Virus record (IMG/VR): IMGVR_UViG_3300025288_000061
Coordinates: 1-33,676 of that record
Source: a virus
Lineage: Duplodnaviria > Caudoviricetes
Reading direction: 5' to 3' (one strand)
Length of the DNA: 33,676 nucleotides
A program made the translations under genes and the position numbers. The notes under the pieces were generated by a model that saw only the letters and a program-made list of their open reading frames with translations, did no database searches and was not told the DNA's origin. How positions within the stretch are numbered: the stretch's first letter is position 1; each line of letters opens with the position of its first letter. Positions 26,425-33,676 of the stretch are shown in pieces.

Positions 26425-26669
26425 CTAAAATTGAGTGGTGGCGCTATCCATCGCAGCTTATCAAGACTTTCCATATTAGTCCGAATGATGCTTGGAATTT
26501 CACACTCAAAGAATATTTTAATATTATCGAATGCGACAAGAAAGAACATGAAGTTGATTACAGTCAGGTCGATATGAGTAAAGAAGCATTAGACAAGTTT
26601 GTTTCTCGTCATGAAGAGAACAGACAGAAGAGACTTGCTAAAGAGTCAAAACTAAAGGGTATGGCTTAA
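26379..26669 (+). CDS. -1 frameshift extension of the tail chaperone (gpGT-like)
   Basis: In-frame A-AAA-AAG at 26379-26385; -1 frame open to TAA 26667-26669, containing ISPNDAWNFTLKEY, filling the gap before the tape measure. Confidence 0.85.
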   Translation, partial: KKVKRDGSANVSERVTKIEWWRYPSQLIKTFHISPNDAWNFTLKEYFNIIECDKKEHEVDYSQVDMSKEALDKFVSRHEENRQKRLAKESKLKGMA

Positions 26670-26673
26670 CGTA

Positions 26674-28359
26674 ATGGCAAAGGCTGATGAACTAATTATT
26701 GAAATCAAGGGCGATGTTTCCGACGTCATCAAAAAGTTTGATCAAATCTCTGATTCAGCAGAGAACACAGCCAAGAAATCAGCTACATCATTTGGAAATC
26801 TAGGTGGTGGCATCGCCAACGTAGGCAAAGCGCTTGCTCCATTTGCTGCGGCAATTGCCGCAGCGCAGGCAGCAACAGCGCTACTTCATGGTGCTATTGA
26901 AAACTTAAACAACGCAAAAGGCTTGAGCTTGACCGCAAGCCGTTTGGGTATTGCGACAACAAGCCTTCAAGAGTTTAATTTTGCCGCGAAATCGTCTGGA
27001 ATAGACAGCAATATACTTGCTGATGCAATGAAAGATTTGACCGTAAAAATCAAAGATGCATCAATTGGGGCAGCATCTTATGAAGAGGCATTAAATCTAG
27101 TTGGGCTAAAATCTAGAGATCTGGTTAATATGCCTGTTGATAAGCAATTTCTTGCCTTCGCTGATGCAATATCAAAGGCTGATAATGCGACTAGACGATT
27201 TGTTCTTGATGAAATAAACGATAGTATGTTTCAGCTATTGCCGCTGATGGACAAAGGTGCCGAGGGCTTCAAGGAAATGGCCGAACGAGCGCATGAATTG
27301 AACGCGGTTCTGAGTGATACCGAGCTCAAAGAAATGAATGAAGCCACAACAAAAATCAATGAAATGAATGCGGCTTGGGATGCAATGGGCAATAAAGTCA
27401 CTGCTATCGTGTCTGGTCCTTTAGCTGCATTTGCCAACGCTGCCACAAAGGTTTTAAACATTCTTACCACTGGCTCAAGCGGTGGTCAATCTGGCTATGG
27501 CGCAACATCTGGAGTGCTAGGAGGCACTAGGGGGCTAACTGGTCGCAACGGCTTAGGAGACGGACTATTTCAAGTATCTGGCGGAACAACAAGAGCAGAC
27601 GATGAAGCAGCCGCAGCGGCCAACGTTGCCGCAGGCGCAGGACGCGGCACAGGTTTCGCACTCGGTGGTGCATTTGCTACGGATGCCGATCAACAATTGG
27701 CCAGTGATGTGTTTGGCCAAAGTCAGGAAGGCGATTCTATGATGACTGGAATGCCTTTTATCTTCACCGAGGAAGGTAAGACCATGCTTGAGACTATGAG
27801 AGAAGAGGAACTTGAAGCACAGAGAGCATTCAACGCTTCATTACAAGCATTAGAAGAGGCTAATCAAGACTACAATAAAAAGCTTTGGGAATCAGGATGG
27901 AAAGGCAAATCCGAGATTATGAGCAAGACATTAGGATCAATGACTGTTCTTATGAATTCAGAAAATAGGAAGATGTTTGAAATTGGGAAGGCAGCAGCTA
28001 AAGCACAAGTCGCAATCGACACACCCAAGGCGGCCATGAGCGCTTACAGTGCAATGGCAGGTATCCCATACGTTGGACCAATTTTAGGCGTAGCAGCGGC
28101 AGCGGCGGCGATAGCATCTGGAGCCCAACAAATGCAGTCTATAGACAAGCAATCGTTTGGAGGCGCAAGCGTAGGCGGTGGCATAGGTGGAGGTGGAGCC
28201 TCACCAGATGTGGCACAATCTGCCGCGCCTGCAAGAAACGTGACCGAGGCAACAATAAATGTTCAAGGCGATGGATTTGTTTCAGCAGATCAGGTCAGAG
28301 GATTGGCCGCGAGCTTACGACAATTTCAAGCAGATGGAGGGGAGTTAGTAATAAAATGA
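26674..28359 (+). CDS. Tape measure protein (561 aa)
   Basis: ELIIEIKGD start, Ala/Gly-rich helices, IPYVGPILGVAAAAAA. Confidence 0.9.
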   Translation: MAKADELIIEIKGDVSDVIKKFDQISDSAENTAKKSATSFGNLGGGIANVGKALAPFAAAIAAAQAATALLHGAIENLNNAKGLSLTASRLGIATTSLQEFNFAAKSSGIDSNILADAMKDLTVKIKDASIGAASYEEALNLVGLKSRDLVNMPVDKQFLAFADAISKADNATRRFVLDEINDSMFQLLPLMDKGAEGFKEMAERAHELNAVLSDTELKEMNEATTKINEMNAAWDAMGNKVTAIVSGPLAAFANAATKVLNILTTGSSGGQSGYGATSGVLGGTRGLTGRNGLGDGLFQVSGGTTRADDEAAAAANVAAGAGRGTGFALGGAFATDADQQLASDVFGQSQEGDSMMTGMPFIFTEEGKTMLETMREEELEAQRAFNASLQALEEANQDYNKKLWESGWKGKSEIMSKTLGSMTVLMNSENRKMFEIGKAAAKAQVAIDTPKAAMSAYSAMAGIPYVGPILGVAAAAAAIASGAQQMQSIDKQSFGGASVGGGIGGGGASPDVAQSAAPARNVTEATINVQGDGFVSADQVRGLAASLRQFQADGGELVIK

Positions 28360-29144
28360 ACTATCCAGTAGTATTGTATAACAACGCACTGAAGCAGACT
28401 GGCACAACTGTCACTTATGGTGGAACTGAAACAGACGGGTTTAATAAAGAAAGCGCTTACGATTATAAAGATTTCTCTACGTTCAAACCACAAGTGAGCG
28501 CGACGACAGATCTTGATTTTACTATGCCAGCTAATACCGACATTGACTCGATCGGTATCTATATGCAGCGAACAGGAAATAGCGGAACCTGTACGATTGA
28601 GCTTTATTACGAGACGGCTCCTGCAACTTACACGCTTTTAAAGACGATTAGTGCAGCAGATGGAAAGCTAACGCTAGAGACATTCACAGGCGTAACAGTG
28701 TCAAGCGGCAATGATATAAAAATTCGTTTCATACTGGGCACAGGCCCTTTTTACGTGCGTCAAATCATGGTCGGCAAGCGCACGACAATGGAACAAGGGC
28801 ATTATGTCGGTGTGAACCCGCCAACACTTTCACAAGGCTTTATTCAAACCAACAATCTATCAGAAAATGGCGCCATTCTAGGTTCAAACGTCAAGCGCAT
28901 TGATGTAAAGAGCAAGCTATCACTAAATCACTTGACTGAGACTTGGGTTAGATCAACGTGGGATCCTTTCGCAATTCATGCAGCAAAAGGGCGAGGATTC
29001 TTCTATCAGTGGAATCCAACAGAATACTCAAATGAGGTTGTTTATTGCGTAGCCTCAAAGGTTGGAACGCCAAGTAATATCCAGCCTACACCTTTGATGG
29101 CTGTAGACATGGACCTGATTTGTAGACAGCCAGATCCAGCATGA
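28356..29144 (+). CDS. Probable distal tail protein
   Basis: Directly after the tape measure, beta-rich. Confidence 0.6.
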   Translation: MNYPVVLYNNALKQTGTTVTYGGTETDGFNKESAYDYKDFSTFKPQVSATTDLDFTMPANTDIDSIGIYMQRTGNSGTCTIELYYETAPATYTLLKTISAADGKLTLETFTGVTVSSGNDIKIRFILGTGPFYVRQIMVGKRTTMEQGHYVGVNPPTLSQGFIQTNNLSENGAILGSNVKRIDVKSKLSLNHLTETWVRSTWDPFAIHAAKGRGFFYQWNPTEYSNEVVYCVASKVGTPSNIQPTPLMAVDMDLICRQPDPA

Positions 29145-30955
29145 GTTATGAAACTCTAAAAATTGAAGTAGGCAAAGAGTCCGTCACGATTCTTGAACTA
29201 GATTTAGATGCTTGCTCTTTAGTTTACGGAAATGCACCTTGTACAGCGTCAGGAGCAGCCGCACTGAAATGTTTTAACACTTTCGGAACGTGTCAAGATA
29301 CTGTTAATTTCGCAAAGACTACAAAGACTTTTAGATTTTCAGATAGAATCATTGATGGAGTGCAAGCAACAGGTGACGCGCCAACATTCCCAACGATAAC
29401 AAGCATAAGCCACAGTCCAACTCAATTGAACCCATCCAAAGGTCTTGGTATTCGCGCAACCGTCAATATTCAGCTTACTGACCATCCTTGGAGTGACGTT
29501 GGAATTGACCCATATTTGAGTGATAGAACTTATGACCCAGAAGCGAGATCAACATTTTGGGGCAAGCTTTTAGCGCGTCAGCAATATTATGAGGGTCGAG
29601 TCATGCGAGTTAAACAAGGCTATCTTGAGGCAGATGGAACCTATGACGCGGCAAACTTTTCAACTCGTCAGTATATCATAAGCTCAATCACGGGTCCAAC
29701 CCCAAGCGGAAAAATCACGATCGAAGGAAAAGACCCTTTGAAGTTTGCAGACAATTCACGCGTTCAAGTTCCAGCCCCGACCGATGCTGAGCTAACAAGC
29801 GATATAAACAATTCAACGACCTCCATAGGGGTGACTGATGCAGGTGGCTTAATTAGCGCGGCATATAGCGCAGGTCAACCTTGGATTCGAGTTGACGATG
29901 AAATTATGCTCATTACAGGCGTCTCAGGTTCAGCGCCAAGCTTCACTCTGACAGTGACACGCGGCACAGCACCAAGCTTCTACGCGACACCAAGCACCGC
30001 AGACGCGCACGACGAAGAAGCCACTGTCCAGATATGTAGACTATATGAAGATGCACCAGTTGACGACATTATCTACGATTTGCTTGTGAACGACACAGGC
30101 ATTAGCTCAGGATTCATCGACACGGCAGCATGGCAAGCAAAGATGGATGATGGCTATCAAGCATACACATTCAGCACGCTTTTAACAGAGCCGACAGGCG
30201 TTCAACAACTTCTAACCGAGCTGACAGAACATACATTTTTGCTATGGTGGAACGAAAGAACTCAAAAGATCGAGCTTGATACTTTACTGCCAAGAGCGGC
30301 AGACTACGGACTATTCACTGATGAGACGACTTTTATTTCAGGATCGACATCGGTAGCCAAAAATTCAAGCGGAAGATTAAGCCGAATCTATTTTTATTAT
30401 GGACACAGAAACCCAACCCTAGAAATGGACAAGGCACAATATTTTGAGCGCATAGAAGCTGATATTAACTTGACTGTAGAGGGTGAAAACGCTTACGACG
30501 ACACGCGGATTAGATCAATATGGTCAAGATGGTTGCCAACAGCAAAACGATCGGTCGTTTCTGAAATCACTACCCGCTTGCTGAATGAGTACAAAAAAAC
30601 AAAGACGGTCATCACCTTTGTAATTGATCCGAAAGACGACGATGCTTGGACTGGGGATATAGTAAGAATCAAAACTCGTCAGGTTGTAGACCAATTCGGT
30701 GAACAGATCGAAGACAACTATCGTGTGCTTGAAGTCTCAGAAAACCACAGCGAAAAAGGGATTATTTACAAATATGTTGCCCACTCCATGAACGATGTTG
30801 GTAGACTTGGCGTAATCACTCCAGACCTGTATAATGGAAGCGCCTTTCCTGATTACTCCGCAGCAACAGACGAATTGAAAGCACGATACGCATTTATAGC
30901 ACCTGATTCAGGGGTATTTACTTCTGACAGCTTGGAGGCTTACGTAATACGATGA
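29141..30955 (+). CDS. Probable tail tip/hub protein
   Basis: 604 aa, position, N-terminal four-Cys cluster, IRVDDEIM...VTRG insert. Confidence 0.65.
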   Translation: MSYETLKIEVGKESVTILELDLDACSLVYGNAPCTASGAAALKCFNTFGTCQDTVNFAKTTKTFRFSDRIIDGVQATGDAPTFPTITSISHSPTQLNPSKGLGIRATVNIQLTDHPWSDVGIDPYLSDRTYDPEARSTFWGKLLARQQYYEGRVMRVKQGYLEADGTYDAANFSTRQYIISSITGPTPSGKITIEGKDPLKFADNSRVQVPAPTDAELTSDINNSTTSIGVTDAGGLISAAYSAGQPWIRVDDEIMLITGVSGSAPSFTLTVTRGTAPSFYATPSTADAHDEEATVQICRLYEDAPVDDIIYDLLVNDTGISSGFIDTAAWQAKMDDGYQAYTFSTLLTEPTGVQQLLTELTEHTFLLWWNERTQKIELDTLLPRAADYGLFTDETTFISGSTSVAKNSSGRLSRIYFYYGHRNPTLEMDKAQYFERIEADINLTVEGENAYDDTRIRSIWSRWLPTAKRSVVSEITTRLLNEYKKTKTVITFVIDPKDDDAWTGDIVRIKTRQVVDQFGEQIEDNYRVLEVSENHSEKGIIYKYVAHSMNDVGRLGVITPDLYNGSAFPDYSAATDELKARYAFIAPDSGVFTSDSLEAYVIR

Positions 30956-31188
30956 GCAGCCTAGACTATGAAAAAATATTGAATATTTATTGGCCTGTGA
31001 TTGAGGCTTGCCAAGAGATACAAGCAGACTATTTGGGTAAGCTACCTAATAAGCATAAGGATAAGCCTAGAATAGCTCCTGATTCAGTTGGGCACATGAT
31101 AAACATGCTTATCCAAGCAAGGCTTAAAATGCCAATTAAACGAGAAATAGTACAGATTGAAGAGTCAGACTTATGCCAACAACAGTAG
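30952..31188 (+). CDS. Hypothetical protein
   Basis: SD GGAGG, ATGA coupling. Confidence 0.5.
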   Translation: MSSLDYEKILNIYWPVIEACQEIQADYLGKLPNKHKDKPRIAPDSVGHMINMLIQARLKMPIKREIVQIEESDLCQQQ

Positions 31189-31697
31189 GCGCATTTACAG
31201 ACATTGACGATGGGGCGCTTGACGCAGAAAGCCCAATTACTGAGTCCATGATGACTTCGCTAAGGGATAATGCTTATTGGATTATCGCAGGCAAAACAAA
31301 GACAACCGAGAGTGCAGCGAATAAGCTTTTAGAAACGTCAGGATCTGGTGGGCTGCAATGGACTCTATCTAGTAGCGTTGGTGGTGCGAATGGAACTAAG
31401 GGGGTTGGTGCAGTTTCCATTAATCCAAGTGCGCCCACGCAAATTGCCGCTGTTAGTGATAGAATTTTGTTGATAACTTTGACAAGACCCGCCGGAGAGG
31501 ATTACCATATAGTCATTGACTCAAGCGACGAAACCTATACTGTTAACTTTATAGGCAGCACACAAAGTGGCACTCTTACAAGTTCGTATATAGAACTTTT
31601 TACAACTAATATTTTCTTTCAAATAAACGGATCAAACTATGAGTTTTATGAGACAGACGGTTCAATGGTATATAGTTACTCATATTTATGGATTTAA
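31173..31697 (+). CDS. Probable minor tail/fibre protein
   Basis: IDDGALDAESPITESMMTSLRDN N-terminus, S/T/G-rich. Confidence 0.6.
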   Translation: MPTTVGAFTDIDDGALDAESPITESMMTSLRDNAYWIIAGKTKTTESAANKLLETSGSGGLQWTLSSSVGGANGTKGVGAVSINPSAPTQIAAVSDRILLITLTRPAGEDYHIVIDSSDETYTVNFIGSTQSGTLTSSYIELFTTNIFFQINGSNYEFYETDGSMVYSYSYLWI

Positions 31698-31748
31698 AGC
31701 TAATCTTGAATAATTCGACAACAAAACCAACAAGGATAAAATAGAACA

Positions 31749-31886
31749 ATGGCGACAGCACTACTCACAAACGCAACGACGAACACAAGCGGCACACCTG
31801 TCACGATTGACGGAGGCGGCTATAAGATCGTAAGATTTTACGGCACGTTTGACACTAAAGAGAAAACTTATTTTAAAATAAATTGA
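31749..31886 (+). pseudogene. 45-codon ORF, possibly a truncated virion-protein gene
   Basis: AAGGA SD; MATALLTNATTNTSGTPVTIDGGGYKIVRFYGTFD, then an abrupt AT-rich end. Confidence 0.4.
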
Positions 31887-31893
31887 GGATATA

Positions 31894-32157
31894 ATGGTTG
31901 ACACATTTGATAAACAAGCAACTGGATTGGATAGTCCAGCTAGCAACGCTTTTGCTATCACGCCGCACGACACGAATGAGCTTACTACTGTCACTCGCGG
32001 CATTTACATCGGCGCAGCTGGAGATATAGCGCTAACTACAGTCGGCGGCGATTCAGTGACATTCGTTGGGCTTTTAGCTGGATCGATTTTGCCTGTTCGC
32101 GCCAACATCGTCAAATCAACAGCGACAACAGCAACAAGTTTAATTGGACTATATTAG
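31894..32157 (+). CDS. Head spike base protein (RcGTA Rcc01079-like)
   Basis: GLDSPASNAFAITPHD..EL...TRGIYIG.AGDI...GDSVTF..L.AGSILPVRA..V..T.TTAT.LIGL. Confidence 0.8.
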   Translation: MVDTFDKQATGLDSPASNAFAITPHDTNELTTVTRGIYIGAAGDIALTTVGGDSVTFVGLLAGSILPVRANIVKSTATTATSLIGLY

Positions 32158-32165
32158 ACAATAGT

Positions 32166-33404
32166 ATGTTAGGAATTGGTCTATCAATTGGCATGAATGG
32201 TGGTAGTGTTGCAGCGCCTCCAGATTTAGACAGCATGATCTTATTGATCACATCGCACACAGATAACACTTTCAGAATTGACTTACAGAACGCCGCAACC
32301 AATATCACAGTCGATTGGGGCGATAGTACAAGCGACGTTATCACTACTTACAACCAAGCTGAATTAGATCACACCTACCCAGATCCAAGCACTCAATACA
32401 CAGTTACAATTTCGGGTCAGTTTGGGGGCACCCGATTTATTACAAATGACACATCAAGGGTCAACGAAATTCAACAATGGGGAACAACAGCTTGGACAAA
32501 CGCAAGCTTCGCTTTTCAAAGTGCATCAACTTTATCTATCACAGCTACAGACTATCCAAACGTTTCAGCAGTAACTACATTTCAAGAGATGTTTGGTTAT
32601 TCTGGAATACCATCAATCGACACAACAAATTGGGACACATCAAGCGGTCAAAGTTTTAACGGTATGCTGTCCGGTTGCACGTCTCTAGTCACCGCCAACG
32701 TCACAAATTTAGTTCAGGCCTCTGCAACGATACTTACACAATTATTTGATGGATCAAATAATGCGAGTTTAGTTATAACTGGTATAAACACTTGGGTGCC
32801 AACAAATGTGTATACTTGCTATCGTATGTTTCGAAACTGCAAGTTTGTAAGCTTAGACTTCTCCGCTTTAGTTTTTGGCGTCAATGTAACATGGGAAGAA
32901 ATGTGTAGAGGTATGACTAATCTAACCACCTTCACTAAACCAACAGTCACTCCGACTATCACCAGTCTGTACTTTACTTTTTATAACACTGGACTATCAG
33001 GCACTCTAGACCTCACAAGTTTGTGCTCTACAAGTACAACAACAATCGGGTATTGCTTATCTAATAACGCATCACTCACAACTGTTACAACGACGGGTTG
33101 GGTCACTTCAAACGTCACAAACGTGTCTAATTTTATTAGCAGTTCAGGCATAACTACAATAGGTTTGGCCGATATGAATATGGAGGCTGTCACCCTAACA
33201 ACAAATTTTGCAACTGGAACGACGCTTTCTACTGCCACTTATGATGCGGCTTTAATTGCTTGGGACGCTCAGAACTTAGTTGATAGCTTAACATGGAACT
33301 TTGGCGGTTCAAAATACACAGGTGGTGGGGCGGCAGAAGCGGCAAGAGCAAGTTTGATAAGCACGGATTCACTCACAATTTTAGATGGCGGAGTAGCCCC
33401 ATAA
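32166..33404 (+). CDS. Head fibre/adhesin, variant B: short anchor peptide, PKD-like domain, BspA/DUF285-like repeats
   Basis: MLGIGLSIG N-terminus after the spike base gene; TVDWGD...HTY...YTVTISG; QWG, WDTS/WVPTNV/WVTSNV..MF repeats. Confidence 0.75.
   Translation: MLGIGLSIGMNGGSVAAPPDLDSMILLITSHTDNTFRIDLQNAATNITVDWGDSTSDVITTYNQAELDHTYPDPSTQYTVTISGQFGGTRFITNDTSRVNEIQQWGTTAWTNASFAFQSASTLSITATDYPNVSAVTTFQEMFGYSGIPSIDTTNWDTSSGQSFNGMLSGCTSLVTANVTNLVQASATILTQLFDGSNNASLVITGINTWVPTNVYTCYRMFRNCKFVSLDFSALVFGVNVTWEEMCRGMTNLTTFTKPTVTPTITSLYFTFYNTGLSGTLDLTSLCSTSTTTIGYCLSNNASLTTVTTTGWVTSNVTNVSNFISSSGITTIGLADMNMEAVTLTTNFATGTTLSTATYDAALIAWDAQNLVDSLTWNFGGSKYTGGGAAEAARASLISTDSLTILDGGVAP
32945..33071 (+). 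repeat. Exact 127-bp direct repeat, copy 2
   Basis: Identical to 1-127. Confidence 0.95.
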
Positions 33405-33625
33405 TGTCTAACATATCAATAGATGAACATGGGATCAGCGATTGTATTTGTAACGGCCAGCATTGGCTTGTTGTCTATCAAGGAACAAAGTTAGCATTCT
33501 TTGGACAGCACTCGGGCGAGACAACGACAAAGGGAACGATTGATTACTACGACACAGAAGACGAGGCATTGGCAAGAGTAGCCGAATTGAATCTTGAAGA
33601 TACTTTTGGATTTTTTAGCAGATGA
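33404..33625 (+). CDS. Small fibre-associated protein, variant B (73 aa)
   Basis: TAATG coupling with the fibre stop; counterpart of 457-639. Confidence 0.7.
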   Translation: MSNISIDEHGISDCICNGQHWLVVYQGTKLAFFGQHSGETTTKGTIDYYDTEDEALARVAELNLEDTFGFFSR

Positions 33626-33676
33626 GTGAAAATCACACAGATACGCTTATCAATACGCTGATTGGTCTTGTTGGAG
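33622..33676 (+). CDS. 3'-truncated ORF (MSENHTDTLINTLIGLVG...)
   Basis: ATGA overlap; positional counterpart of 632-913. Confidence 0.4.
   Translation, partial: MSENHTDTLINTLIGLVG

Larger units (their letters stand above)
1..33676. mobile_element. Tailed dsDNA bacteriophage genome, near complete (HK97-type head, predicted non-contractile tail)
   Basis: Canonical order terS-terL-portal-MuF-protease-capsid-neck-tail tube-chaperone-tape measure-tip; divergent early arms; window start overlaps the fibre gene near the window end; no host genes and no sheath gene seen. Confidence 0.97.

Noticed and set aside
17442-33404. Gene transfer agent cluster
   Set aside because: Several parts are GTA-like, but linked replication, recombination and many accessory genes indicate an autonomous phage
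32945-33676. Invertible shufflon for fibre switching
   Set aside because: Both variants are in the same orientation; no invertase or inverted crossover sites seen

Overview
Nearly complete genome of a tailed dsDNA phage with an HK97-type head and a predicted siphovirus-type tail. The leftward early arm (7375 down to ~1650) carries RecT-like and YqaJ-like recombination genes, a PAPS-reductase-like gene and many small ORFs. The rightward arm carries a RusA-like locus, a replication initiator and loader, then terS, terL, portal, MuF, protease, capsid, neck, tail, and a GTA-like head-spike base plus fibre. I recognise no integrase, repressor, endolysin, tRNA or CRISPR array. The most unusual element is a 331-aa intein in the MuF gene (19421-20413). 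It has no recognisable sense-strand endonuclease. Instead, a 301-aa HTH-HTH-Vsr/DUF559-like endonuclease ORF lies on the opposite strand (19433-20338), wholly inside the intein and in exact codon register, so ~900 bp appear to code on both strands. Also notable: (1) two alternative C-terminal versions of the head-fibre gene, each with its own small partner gene, diverging after an exact 127-bp repeat (1-127 = 32945-33071); (2) three A-AAA-AAG candidate -1 frameshift sites; (3) structured elements with anti-Shine-Dalgarno loops ahead of the replication genes. All family calls come from reading motifs by eye, not from database searches.
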